This document shows, piece after piece, positions 1-9,755 of a DNA stretch of 64,000 nt (positions are counted from its first letter, which is position 1; each line of letters starts with the position of its first letter). The position numbers were made by a program, and so were the translations under genes. The stretch is taken from positions 24,125 to 88,124 of the forward strand of contig JBDHHQ010000014.1 in the NCBI GenBank assembly GCA_039589315.1, written 5' to 3'. This DNA comes from Gemmatimonadota bacterium (GTDB taxonomy: Bacteria; Gemmatimonadota; Gemmatimonadetes; Longimicrobiales; Gaopeijiaceae). Under the pieces are notes generated by a model. That model was not told the origin of the DNA. It worked only from the letters and a program-made list of their open reading frames with translations, and searched no databases.

Positions 1-123
1 TGTCCGTGTGTCCTGGAATCGCTGAGAAGGTGGCCGGGCGCTCCAACTCGCGCCAGTACGGCCGGGCTCAGCAGAGGTGCGAGTAGAGCACCCCCGACGG
101 CTATCCGGGATCGTGCAGCGGCT

Positions 124-1221
124 TCAGGTCATCTCGGCGTGGTCCCGCTCCTCCAGCTTCTCGGCCATCTCATCGAAGGTCCTGGCCAGGCTCCCCAGCT
201 CGTCGTCGCCGTAGTCGATCCCGGTCCGGGCGGAGTAGTCTCCGCCGGCGATCCGCCTCTCCGCCTCGATGATCGCCGAGGTTCGGTTGAGGATCGTGTA
301 GTGGCCCAAGGACCAGGCCGCGAGGAGCATCACGACCGCTGCCCCAGCCAACAGCGAGAGCTCGGTCCCCAGGATTCGCCTGAGCTGTGCCGTCACCGAA
401 GCTTCCGAGATCGCTACGGCCAGATAACCCACCGGTCGCCCTTTGGGCCTGAGCAGGGGCGCCACGGCGAAGCGTCGCTCGACGCCGTCCAGGTCCTCGC
501 CCCGAATGACCCTGGCCTCGGTCTGATCGACCTGACTCCGGGAGGGAAACGTTTCCGGCAGGGCCGTGCCGACGAGATCCGCTCCCTCCGGATAGCGGAC
601 GAGCACATTACCGCTGAGGTCGGACAGGGTGAAGGACGCGTCGGCCGGCAGATGGGCCTCGGAGGCGCTCTCGCCGAGAAGCGTGAGGTCCAGCGTTACG
701 CCCAGAACGCCCAGTAGCTCGTCACCCTCACCGTACATCGGATAAGCCATCCCGACCGTTGGCTTCCCCGTGATTCGGCCGACCTGGTAGTCGCCTACCG
801 CGAAGTCCCGGTTGCCGGTGGCGCGCACCACGTAGCTGCGGTCGCCCAGGTAGAGGGGGTTTTCCAGTGAGACAGCGCCACAGGATCGATACCCCTCCGC
901 GTCGATCACCGCCAACGCCGTGTACCGGGGGCTCGCGGCCAGCATCCGACCCAGGAGCTCGTCGCACTCGGGTCTCTTCCGCTCGAGCACCTCGTCATTC
1001 TGGGCCAGCGCGAAGAGCATGGCCCGTGCCTCCTCCACCATGTGCCCGAAGTCGACCCCGGTGCTTTCGGCCAGACGCAGGAGCTCGTGCTCCACCGACT
1101 GCTCGGAGAGGGCCGTGAGCTCGCGGTTCGCGTACCAGAAGAGAGCAAGCGACGGGATGAACGCCAGGACGATCAAGAAGATGAAACGTCCACGGACGGT
1201 GTGCGGAAGGATTCCAGACAT
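124..1221 (-). CDS. Membrane sensor with dCache-like extracytoplasmic domain and HAMP domain, no output domain
   Basis: N-terminal TM helix; Cache-type motif DRSY...G.ITGKPTV.MAYP; second TM; HAMP (RIAGGDYSAR...DELGSLARTFDEMAEKL); stop follows immediately. Confidence 0.8.
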   Translation of the reverse strand: MSGILPHTVRGRFIFLIVLAFIPSLALFWYANRELTALSEQSVEHELLRLAESTGVDFGHMVEEARAMLFALAQNDEVLERKRPECDELLGRMLAASPRYTALAVIDAEGYRSCGAVSLENPLYLGDRSYVVRATGNRDFAVGDYQVGRITGKPTVGMAYPMYGEGDELLGVLGVTLDLTLLGESASEAHLPADASFTLSDLSGNVLVRYPEGADLVGTALPETFPSRSQVDQTEARVIRGEDLDGVERRFAVAPLLRPKGRPVGYLAVAISEASVTAQLRRILGTELSLLAGAAVVMLLAAWSLGHYTILNRTSAIIEAERRIAGGDYSARTGIDYGDDELGSLARTFDEMAEKLEERDHAEMT

Positions 1222-1484
1222 GACCCGACCTCCGCGCGAGAGGAGGAGGGTGCCGATGGCGGATTCCAGCGGCGGCCCGGGAGAGAGAGGGCCTTTACGT
1301 CGATGTGCTTCGGGGCGCGATCACACCGCGGCAAGTTGCTGAGCGAGGTGCGGTCGGGCTTGGTCTGCCCCGCACTCTCCGAATCGTGGCAACATAGATC
1401 CAGGTGGCCCGACCGACAAGGAACCGGCACATTCCCTGGACCTTTGATCCAAGACGGCATCGGAGCGCGGAGTCGGGCCCTGGC

Positions 1485-2141
1485 ATGACGCAGTTCGAGA
1501 TGGAGAGAGCCCGGATGGTCCGGCGCCAGTTGGCGCGGCGCGCCATCCGGGATCACCGCGTCCTCGACGCCATGTCCTCCGTCCCCCGGGAGCAGTTCGT
1601 ACGCCCCGACCTGCAGCGACTCGCGTACCAGGATTCCGCCCTGCCCATCAGCAGCGGCCAGACGATCTCGCAACCGTACATCGTGGCGCTCATGGCCGAG
1701 GCACTCGAGCTCCGTCCGGAAGACCGCGTCCTCGAGATCGGCACGGGCTCCGGCTATGCGGCCGCGGTCCTGTCCCGCTTGGCTCGCGAGGTTCACACCG
1801 TGGAGCGCCTCGCAACGTTGGCGGACAGCGCCCGGGAATGCCTGGATCGACTGTGCTACGGCAACGTCACGGTCCACGTCGGCGACGGATCTCTCGGCCT
1901 CCCCGAGCATGCGCCGTACGATGCCATCACCGTGGCGGCGGGAGGCCCGTCGGTGCCGGAGCCCCTGCAACGGCAACTAGCGGACGGCGGCAGGCTTGTC
2001 GTCCCTGTAGGCCCCGCAGCCAGCCTCCAGACGTTGGTACGGGTGCGCCGCACGCGCCGGGGCTTCGAGGAGGAACGGCTGGCGGATGTCCGATTCGTGC
2101 CGCTGGTGGGCAAAGCCGGGTGGAACGAAGGCGAGGGGTGA
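1485..2141 (+). CDS. pcm: Protein-L-isoaspartate O-methyltransferase
   Basis: VPREQFV...AY.DSALPI..GQTISQPYIVALM, VLEIGTGSGY, APYDAI, VRFVPL; start moved to ATG 1485. Confidence 0.95.
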   Translation: MTQFEMERARMVRRQLARRAIRDHRVLDAMSSVPREQFVRPDLQRLAYQDSALPISSGQTISQPYIVALMAEALELRPEDRVLEIGTGSGYAAAVLSRLAREVHTVERLATLADSARECLDRLCYGNVTVHVGDGSLGLPEHAPYDAITVAAGGPSVPEPLQRQLADGGRLVVPVGPAASLQTLVRVRRTRRGFEEERLADVRFVPLVGKAGWNEGEG

Positions 2142-2217
2142 GCGGCCTCAGCCAGGTTCGGGCGATGGCGTGGACGCGGGAGGGCCGCAGCGCCTGATCC
2201 CCTGAGGTGACGCCCGT

Positions 2218-2637
2218 TCAGGCATGGGTCGACCGACCCCGCCGGCGACGCCAGACGACCGCGTAGATAGCCAGGTTCAACAGGATCACGCCGACACCGA
2301 GGCCCACCTGCAGCTCCCGGGTGAGCTCGCGCGGGTAGAGGATCGGGATCAGGTAGTGCTCGACGAATCCGCCTTCGTACCCGGCTTGCCCGCCCAGAAC
2401 GCGGAGTCGCACCTCGAGTGGCGTGAGGGGACACACCCATCCTGCCAACTCGATGGCGCCGCCCCAAACCGCGGCAGGCAGGTGGATCCAGGCGACCCGG
2501 GGCCACCGCAGCACCAGCAGCCCACCCAGGATCACGAAGGCGACGAACGCGAAGTGGCTGACCACCACCGCGTCTGCGAGCAGCCTGTAGACCAGATCCG
2601 CCTCCCCGCGTTTGCCGCGCTCGGGCCGGGGCTCCAT
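2218..2637 (-). CDS. DUF2784-family membrane protein
   Basis: LLADAVVVSHFAF...WIHLPA..WG...GWVCPLTPLE...GY.GGFVEHYLIPILYP signature; start uncertain. Confidence 0.85.
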   Translation of the reverse strand: MEPRPERGKRGEADLVYRLLADAVVVSHFAFVAFVILGGLLVLRWPRVAWIHLPAAVWGGAIELAGWVCPLTPLEVRLRVLGGQAGYEGGFVEHYLIPILYPRELTRELQVGLGVGVILLNLAIYAVVWRRRRGRSTHA

Positions 2638-2728
2638 GATTGCCACCCGACGCATTCCGAGGGCTCGTCGGCCGCGGCCCTCCCCCAGCCGACGACGCCC
2701 CGTCTCCCACAAAAGAGAGTCGAAAGAC

Positions 2729-3502
2729 ATGAACCGCATCAAGGGGAAGAAGGTCCTCATCACGGGGGCGAGCGCCGGGATCGGCCAGGCCTGCGCCCGG
2801 GCCTTCGCCTCTCGCGGCGCCACTCTGATCCTGTGCGCGCGTCGCGTTGACCGACTCGACGCCCTGGGGTCCGAGCTGGAGGCGGAGCACGGGACCCGCG
2901 TCAGGGTGGGACGGTTGGACGTGCGCGACGCAGAGGCCGTGGACGCCTTCGTGGCGGACGTCGTGGGCGACGGCGAAGTGCCGGACGTGCTCGTCAACAA
3001 CGCGGGATTGGCCCGGGATCTCCTGAAGATCCAGGAGGGACGGCGAGCCTCCTGGGACGAGATGATCGACACCAACGTCAAGGGGCTCCTCTACGTCACC
3101 CGCGCCGTCCTCCCCCACATGATCGCGCGGGACAGTGGGCACATCGTCAACATCGGGAGCGTCGCCGGTCGACAGGTGTACCCGTCGGGGAATGTGTACA
3201 ACGCGACCAAATTCGCGGTCTTCGCGCTGAACCAGGCCATGGCCATCGACCTCGTGGGCACGAACATCCGGGTGTCCACCGTGGACCCGGGAGCGGTGCA
3301 CAGCGAGTTTTCGGACGTCCGGTTCTTCGGTGACACGGAGCGGGCCGAGACGGTCTACGAGGGATACCGTCCGCTCCAGCCCGAGGACATCGCGGACGCC
3401 GTCTGCTACGTGGTCAACACGCCGGAGCACGTGAACGTGCAGGAGATGCTCGTGATGCCCACCGACCAGCGGAATCCCTACGTCATCCACAAGGAAGGTT
3501 GA
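2729..3502 (+). CDS. Short-chain dehydrogenase/reductase, YdfG-like
   Basis: TGASAGIG, LVNNAG, NIGSVAG, YNATK catalytic motif. Confidence 0.92.
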   Translation: MNRIKGKKVLITGASAGIGQACARAFASRGATLILCARRVDRLDALGSELEAEHGTRVRVGRLDVRDAEAVDAFVADVVGDGEVPDVLVNNAGLARDLLKIQEGRRASWDEMIDTNVKGLLYVTRAVLPHMIARDSGHIVNIGSVAGRQVYPSGNVYNATKFAVFALNQAMAIDLVGTNIRVSTVDPGAVHSEFSDVRFFGDTERAETVYEGYRPLQPEDIADAVCYVVNTPEHVNVQEMLVMPTDQRNPYVIHKEG

Positions 3503-3515
3503 TCAGGCCGCCTCG

Positions 3516-4748
3516 GTGACCATCAAGCGACCCTCTCCAAATCTCGTCGTCTTCGCGCTCTGGCTGCTGGTCTTCTCGGCCAGCAGCCAGATCATGATCA
3601 TCTCCCCCATCCTCCCCCGCATCGGCGAGGAGCTCGGGATCGCGGAGTCCCTCCTCGGCACCCTCGTCTCCGCCTACTCGCTGATGGTGGGCGTGTTCGC
3701 CGTGATCTCGGGCCCGATCTCCGACAAGATCGGTCGACGCCGAATCCTGCTACTCGGCACCGGAATCATGACGGTGGCCCTCGTGCTCCACGGCTTCATC
3801 CTGGGGTACTACACCTTCCTGGCGGTTCGAGTGGTGGCCGGGATGGCCGGCGGCGTCTTGAGCGGGGCAGCGGTGTCCTACGTGGGCGACTACTTCCCGT
3901 ACAACCGGCGGGGGTGGGCCACGGGCTGGATCATGAGCGGGGCCGCCTTCGGACAGATCATCGGCATCCCGCTGGGTGTGGTGCTCGCGGGCGAATACGG
4001 CTTCCGGTCGCCGTTCTACATCTTCGCGGTCACGATGGCGCTCACGTTCCTGCTCATCTACTTCCGCATCCCCCAGCCTGACGTGAAGCGCTCGGAGGGA
4101 GCGCTGACCCTCGGCAAGGCGGCGCGGGACTACTGGGCCATGCTACGTCGCCCCGAGGTGGCAGCAGCCGCGTTCGCCTTCCACCTGATGTTCCTGGGGG
4201 TGTCGCTCTTCGTGGTCTACATGCCCACGTGGTTGGAGCAGGACCTGGGAGCGACCCCGAACGGCATCGCCTTGCTCTTCCTCGTGGGGGGCATCGCCAA
4301 CGTCCTGGCGGGACCTCAGGCGGGCAAGCTCTCGGATCGGGTCGGACGGAAGGGGCTGGTGCTGCTGTCCTGTATTGGCCTGAGCGTGACGATGTCCACG
4401 GTGACGTTCGTGATCCAGGAGTTCTGGATCGCCTACCCGTTCTTCTTCGTGACCATGGTCCTGGTAGCCATGCGCATCAGCCCCTTCTCCGCCCTGCTCA
4501 CCGCTCTGGTGACGGACGAGCGGCGGGGGTCCCTCATGAGTCTCACGGTGGCGCTGGGCCAGGTGGGCTTCGCCTTCGGCGCCGCAATCGCCGGCTGGCT
4601 CTACGCCGAGCTCGGCTACATCAGCAACTCGGTGCTGGGCGCCGTGTCGGTGCTGGGCATGGGATTCGTCGTGTGGTTCCTGGTGCCGGAGCCCAGGCTG
4701 CAGCCCGTGCACGAGGCGGAGCCCGAGGAGGTAGCGGCCACGGCGTAA
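3516..4748 (+). CDS. MFS transporter
   Basis: About 12 TM segments; motif A-like GPISDKIGRR and GKLSDRVGRK. Confidence 0.92.
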   Translation: MTIKRPSPNLVVFALWLLVFSASSQIMIISPILPRIGEELGIAESLLGTLVSAYSLMVGVFAVISGPISDKIGRRRILLLGTGIMTVALVLHGFILGYYTFLAVRVVAGMAGGVLSGAAVSYVGDYFPYNRRGWATGWIMSGAAFGQIIGIPLGVVLAGEYGFRSPFYIFAVTMALTFLLIYFRIPQPDVKRSEGALTLGKAARDYWAMLRRPEVAAAAFAFHLMFLGVSLFVVYMPTWLEQDLGATPNGIALLFLVGGIANVLAGPQAGKLSDRVGRKGLVLLSCIGLSVTMSTVTFVIQEFWIAYPFFFVTMVLVAMRISPFSALLTALVTDERRGSLMSLTVALGQVGFAFGAAIAGWLYAELGYISNSVLGAVSVLGMGFVVWFLVPEPRLQPVHEAEPEEVAATA

Positions 4749-4857
4749 GCCGTCGGGGTACGATGCCAGCGTGGCGCCTCGACGGTCCCACCGGCCGGGG
4801 ATGCTGTGGACGGTGCAGCCGCGGCCCCCGCAGAGCGGCGGTGTTTCGCGCAGCCCC

Positions 4858-5664
4858 CTAGCGCTGCTGTACGCGCACCCCGCCGTTGGTGGTCACGACC
4901 TTCACTGGCGCGCCACCGGCGCCCAGCGTCGCGTTGATCCGGCGCCCGATCCGCCCCTGCACCGTTACGGGAAAGTCGACGTCGATCGTCCCGTTGGTCG
5001 TGCCCGTCTCGAGCTCGGCGGAGTAGCGCTCAGGGATCTCCAGCGTGACCCCACCGTTGGTCGTCCGCACGTCGAGACCCTGGCCCTGCCACTCGGCGCC
5101 GGCCAGCGCCACGTGAAGGCCGCCGTTGGTCGTGCGGCCGCGTACGTCGCCGGCCAGCCCCTCGAGGTGGACGCCACCGTTGGTGGCGCGGAAGCGGGTC
5201 TCCCCTGTCACCTGGGCCACGGAGATCCCTCCGTTGGTGGTCTCCAGATCCAGGTCGCTGCTCCGTGGCACCATGAGCGCGTAGCCCACGCCCCAACTCT
5301 CCCGGCGACCCGTGTCCGGTCCCTCGGCTCGGATTCGGCCGTTCTCGACGACGACCCGGATCCCGGCCACGATGGATTCTGCCCGGGCCTCGCTTTCGGC
5401 GTCCGCCCAGACCTTGGCTTGCATGCGGATCTCGTCCCCGTCCCATCCCTCCACGGAGATGCCGCCGTTGGTCCCGCCGTCGACGCGGAGCGCCGACACG
5501 GCCGGCAGCGTCTGCTCCCGCACCTCGCAGAACCGATCTCGGTCTCTGTGGCCCCATTCGTCGTCACAGCTCGCTTGCCCCGCCACGGTTCCGCCGCTCG
5601 CCATGGCCCACGCCGCCGTACACGCGATCACCGCGGTCGCCCACCTGTAGCGCCTGGCTGTCAT
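4858..5664 (-). CDS. Exported DUF4097-type beta-strand repeat protein
   Basis: Signal peptide; repeated TTNGG motifs; GGAGGG RBS-like sequence before ATG 5664. Confidence 0.85.
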   Translation of the reverse strand: MTARRYRWATAVIACTAAWAMASGGTVAGQASCDDEWGHRDRDRFCEVREQTLPAVSALRVDGGTNGGISVEGWDGDEIRMQAKVWADAESEARAESIVAGIRVVVENGRIRAEGPDTGRRESWGVGYALMVPRSSDLDLETTNGGISVAQVTGETRFRATNGGVHLEGLAGDVRGRTTNGGLHVALAGAEWQGQGLDVRTTNGGVTLEIPERYSAELETGTTNGTIDVDFPVTVQGRIGRRINATLGAGGAPVKVVTTNGGVRVQQR

Positions 5665-5874
5665 CGTCGTCCCCTCCGTGGTGTGTACCGGTCGCCTTGC
5701 CCCTCCCTGGTCGGTGAGACACGTGCCGGGGCCGGCTGGTTGCAACCGACTACTGGCCACGGACATTGTACGAGTCACGATCCGGCCCCACGCCTTGCCC
5801 GAAGGGCTTGCCCCTGGACCCCTGAGGGGCCTTCGATGCCACCGACCTGCCACTTGGAGCGCGTGCACCGATCC

Positions 5875-7578
5875 ATGAGACACCTCGGCATCGTTCCGTT
5901 TCTGTGCGGCGTCCTGGCCGTTCTCCCGGTCCCGAGCTCGCGGCTCGCAGCCGTGGCAGCGCAGGAGGAGCCGGAGCCGATTCCGGCCGGCCTGGCCCCG
6001 CCGCCCGGTCCGTACGCCCCCGGCATGGACGTGCTGCACTACGACCTGGAGCTCGCCCTCGTGGAGGCGGAGCGGTTCCTGGCCCTGGCCCGTGTTCGGG
6101 TACGGCTGACCGATCCCCTGCCCGACGAGCTCACCTTCGACCTGTCGGGGCTGGCCGTGACCCAGGTGCGAGTCGACGGACGTGATGCGCCGTTCCGTCT
6201 GGACGAAGGGCGTCTTCTGGTGAGCCTTCCACGCGATGCCGATTCTGGCCAGGAGCTGGACGTCAGCGTCTCCTACGGCGGCGTTCCTGACGACGGCCTC
6301 ATCCTGCGGGAGAACGTCCACGGCGCACCCAGCGCCTTCGCCGACAACTGGCCGAACCGGGCCCGGTTCTGGTTTCCGTCGGTGGACCACCCGTCCGACA
6401 AGGCCACGGTGACATTCACCGTCCACGCGCCGTCGGCCTGGACCGTGATTGCCAACGGGCGACAGGTGGGAGAGCCCATGCCCACCGCCGAAGACGCACT
6501 CGGCGATCCCTCCGGCAAGCGGACGTGGCGATGGCAAACGGACGTGCCGATCCCCAGCTACACCATGGTGGTCGGCGCCGCGGACCTGGAGGTGCGAGAG
6601 GTGGGGTTGGGGGCCTGCGGGGACGCGCCCGCGTCACCGAGGGAAGATGGATGCGTGGTCGTTAGCTACTGGGTCTTTCCGGAGGACGTGGAACGGGCGC
6701 GCCCCTCCTTCCGCCGCGCGGTCGAGATGACCGACTTCTTCACCGAGGTGGTGGGGCCCTTCCCGTACGAGAAGCTGGCCCACGTACAGTCCGCAACGCG
6801 ATTCGGGGGCATGGAGAACTCGTCCGCGATCTTCTATTCGGAGCAGGCCATCGCCGAAGGACGAGACATCGAAGGCACCGTGTCCCACGAGATCGCCCAC
6901 CAGTGGTTCGGCGACTCGGCCACGGAGGCCGATTGGTCCCACCTCTGGCTCTCGGAGGGCTTCGCGACCTACTTCGGCAACTTCTTCTTCGAGCGCGCAG
7001 ACGGCATCGCGTCCATGCGCCGGCGCATGGCCGAGGATCGGGCCGAATACCTGCGCTCCGGAAGCGCGGCGCGACCCGTCATCGCCACCGGCGAGACCGA
7101 CCTGTTCGAGCTCCTAAACGAGAACAACTACGAGAAGGGTGGCTGGGTCCTGCACATGCTGAGAGACCTGGTGGGCGACGATGCCTTCTTCGAGGGCGTG
7201 CGCACCTACTACGCGCGTCACGCCAACGACACCGCCTTGACCGCGGATTTGCAGGCGGCGATGGAGGAAGTATCCGGGGAGGAGTTGGGCTGGTTCTTCG
7301 AGCAGTGGCTCCACCACCCGGGCCATCCGGTGCTGCGGACGGCATGGCAGGGGGACACCGGCGAGGTCGAGCTGACGATCGAGCAGGTCCAGCCTGGCGA
7401 TTGGCCCACCTTCCACTTCCCGCTGACGGTCGAGCTGACGCACCGAGACGGGTCCACGAGGCGGGAGCGGATCGAGGTGACGGAGCGTCGGCAGACCTTT
7501 CGGCTGGCGGCGTCCGGCCCGGTCGCCCGGGTCGCCGTCGATCCCGACGAGTCCCTGCTCAAGGAGCTGCTCCCGTAG
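5875..7578 (+). CDS. M1-family zinc aminopeptidase, exported
   Basis: GGMEN exopeptidase motif, HEIAHQWFG...WLSEGFATY, YEKG; signal peptide; start uncertain. Confidence 0.92.
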   Translation: MRHLGIVPFLCGVLAVLPVPSSRLAAVAAQEEPEPIPAGLAPPPGPYAPGMDVLHYDLELALVEAERFLALARVRVRLTDPLPDELTFDLSGLAVTQVRVDGRDAPFRLDEGRLLVSLPRDADSGQELDVSVSYGGVPDDGLILRENVHGAPSAFADNWPNRARFWFPSVDHPSDKATVTFTVHAPSAWTVIANGRQVGEPMPTAEDALGDPSGKRTWRWQTDVPIPSYTMVVGAADLEVREVGLGACGDAPASPREDGCVVVSYWVFPEDVERARPSFRRAVEMTDFFTEVVGPFPYEKLAHVQSATRFGGMENSSAIFYSEQAIAEGRDIEGTVSHEIAHQWFGDSATEADWSHLWLSEGFATYFGNFFFERADGIASMRRRMAEDRAEYLRSGSAARPVIATGETDLFELLNENNYEKGGWVLHMLRDLVGDDAFFEGVRTYYARHANDTALTADLQAAMEEVSGEELGWFFEQWLHHPGHPVLRTAWQGDTGEVELTIEQVQPGDWPTFHFPLTVELTHRDGSTRRERIEVTERRQTFRLAASGPVARVAVDPDESLLKELLP

Positions 7579-7841
7579 GGTGGGCGCCGCGCGGTCTCTT
7601 GCCTCCCCTCTCCGCGGTTCGGTGCCGCCCGCCGCCCGGTCCGGTGCTGCCCCCCACCCGGACGCATCCGCGGTCGCGGAGCGTCTCCCTTCTCCGCGGG
7701 GCGGCTGACCGGTTACTATTCGCCTACTCTCGGACGGGGCGGGAGGCGTTGTGCCTCCGCCCCGTCCGACGTGAGTCGCCGCCGCTCGCCCTGAACGGGC
7801 CGCGCCCGACCACCTTCGGAAACCACACTGGGAGCGCTGAC

Positions 7842-8804
7842 TTGGCGGGCCCACATCTGGAGTTCGAGCGGGACATCGTCCAGATCCAGGACGAGATCGA
7901 TCGTCTCCTGGAGATGGCCGAGGACAAGGGGCTCGACGTTTCGGACGAGCTGACGGTGCTCCGGCGCAAGCTGGAGACCCTCATGGACGAGACGTTCCGG
8001 AACCTGACCGCCATGGAGCAGGTCCAGGTCGCCCGTCACCCCAGGCGACCCTATACCCTGGACTACATCCAGCGGATCTTCGACGACTTCGTGGAGCTGC
8101 ACGGCGACCGTAACTTCCGCGACGACGAAGCGATCGTGGGCGGTTGGGGCCGCCTCGAGGGCCGCTCGGTCATGGTCGTGGGCCACCAGAAGGGCCGGGA
8201 CATGAAGGAGAACGTCCGGCGCAACTTCGGGATGGCCCACCCGGAGGGATACCGGAAGGCCCTGCGCCTGATGCGGCTCGCCGAGAAGTTCGGCCGGCCG
8301 GTCATCACCTTCATCGACACGCCTGGCGCCTACCCGGGCATCGGTGCGGAGGAGCGAGGGCAGGGCGAGGCGATCGCCCGCAACCTGAGAGAGATGGCAG
8401 GCCTCCGAACGCCCATGGTCTCGGTGGTGATCGGAGAGGGGGGCTCGGGTGGGGCCCTGGGCCTGGGCGTGACGGACAGGATCCTGATGTTGGAGCACTC
8501 CATTTACTCCGTCATCACGCCCGAGGGCTGCGCCGCGATCCTCTGGCGGTCAGCGGACCACCGGGTGAAAGCGGCGGAAGCGTTGCGGCTCACGTCGGGG
8601 GACCTCAGGGCTCTGCGGGTGGCGGACAAGCTGATTCCCGAGCCGCCCGGAGGTGCCCATGCGGACCCCGCGGGCACCGCCGCCCGGGTGAAGGAGGCCC
8701 TGGTGCGTCAGCTCGAAGAGCTGGTGGGGATGGATACCGACGAGTTGCTCCTTCAGAGATGGGCCAAGTACGAAGGCATGGGGGAGTGGAAAGAACCCGA
8801 ATAG
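7842..8804 (+). CDS. accA: Acetyl-CoA carboxylase carboxyltransferase alpha subunit
   Basis: LEFE..., ARHPRRPYTLDYI, ELHGDR, PEGYRKALR, DTPGAYPG, GEGGSGGAL; TTG start after GGGAG. Confidence 0.96.
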   Translation: MAGPHLEFERDIVQIQDEIDRLLEMAEDKGLDVSDELTVLRRKLETLMDETFRNLTAMEQVQVARHPRRPYTLDYIQRIFDDFVELHGDRNFRDDEAIVGGWGRLEGRSVMVVGHQKGRDMKENVRRNFGMAHPEGYRKALRLMRLAEKFGRPVITFIDTPGAYPGIGAEERGQGEAIARNLREMAGLRTPMVSVVIGEGGSGGALGLGVTDRILMLEHSIYSVITPEGCAAILWRSADHRVKAAEALRLTSGDLRALRVADKLIPEPPGGAHADPAGTAARVKEALVRQLEELVGMDTDELLLQRWAKYEGMGEWKEPE

Positions 8805-8828
8805 CGCCTCGACGCGCGTCGAGCTCAT

Positions 8829-9698
8829 ATGGCCGGTTTCGCCGAAGTCCGATTCAAGGGCACGCGTAAGGCATATTTCACGTACGACCAGCTGGATCTT
8901 CCGCCCGGAACCGTCGTGATCGTTCAAGCGGATCGCGGCGAAGATCTGGGCGAGGTCCGGTCAGTCGGTACAATCGCCGAACGCAAGTGCAACGCGTCCG
9001 GTGGGTGTGCCACGCCTGCGCCCGACAAGCGCATCGTGCGCCTGGCCAGGGAGGACGAGGTCGGCCGGCTGCAGGAGCTCCGGTCCGACGAGGGCCGGGT
9101 GCGCACCGTCACTCGCGAGCTCGTGGAGCGTCACGAGCTCAAGATGAAGGTGACCGAAGCCGAGTGGCAGTTCGACCGCAACAAGCTGATCATCTACTTC
9201 ACGGCGGAGCGCCGCGTCGACTTCCGCGAGCTCGTTCGGGACCTGGCACGGACGTTCCGCACCCGCATCGAGTTGAAGCAGATCGGCGTCAGAGACGAGG
9301 CGGCTCTGCTGGGCGGCGTAGGTCGCTGTGGCCGAGAGCTCTGTTGCTCCACGTGGCTGCCCGAGCTCAAGCCCGTCAGCCTGCAGCTGGCCAAGAACCA
9401 ACGACTCTCCTTGAACCCGGCCCAGATCTCGGGGTGTTGCGGTCGTCTCATGTGCTGCCTGATGTACGAGCACGAAACGTATGTCCAGGCTCGAAGGCGC
9501 TTCCCCAAGGAGGGCAAGATCCTGCGAACCGACCAGGGAGAGGAGCGGGTCGTCTCCGTGGATATCTGGCGGGAATCCGTGACCCTGCGCGACCCCGAGG
9601 GGAACCGGCGCACCGTGCCCCTGGCCGACATCCGCGCCGAAGTGGCCCGGACGGCCGGAGAGCGCGGAAAGAGACCCAACCAAGGCGAGAGCGACTGA
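8829..9698 (+). CDS. ricT: PSP1-domain Fe-S regulatory protein (RicT/YaaT family)
   Basis: YFTAE.RVDFRELVRDLA, RIELKQIGVRDEA, GRCGRELCC, ISGCCGRLMCCL. Confidence 0.9.
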   Translation: MAGFAEVRFKGTRKAYFTYDQLDLPPGTVVIVQADRGEDLGEVRSVGTIAERKCNASGGCATPAPDKRIVRLAREDEVGRLQELRSDEGRVRTVTRELVERHELKMKVTEAEWQFDRNKLIIYFTAERRVDFRELVRDLARTFRTRIELKQIGVRDEAALLGGVGRCGRELCCSTWLPELKPVSLQLAKNQRLSLNPAQISGCCGRLMCCLMYEHETYVQARRRFPKEGKILRTDQGEERVVSVDIWRESVTLRDPEGNRRTVPLADIRAEVARTAGERGKRPNQGESD

Positions 9699-9755
9699 CT
9701 CAAGCAGTTTGCGGTTCCTGGGCACCATCCCTGCACGAATGAGGACGAGAATCCG

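Noticed and set aside
5717..5744. ECF-sigma-like promoter (TGCAACC-N17-GTCT, minus strand) before the DUF4097 gene
   Set aside because: Plausible but too short and degenerate to support without the cognate sigma factor
4771..7841. Long N-terminal extensions on the M1 peptidase and accA ORFs (and fadJ, hisD, hisH, hisA, hisB) in the track
   Set aside because: Artefacts of open frames in GC-rich DNA; downstream starts with RBS or overlaps match family N-termini
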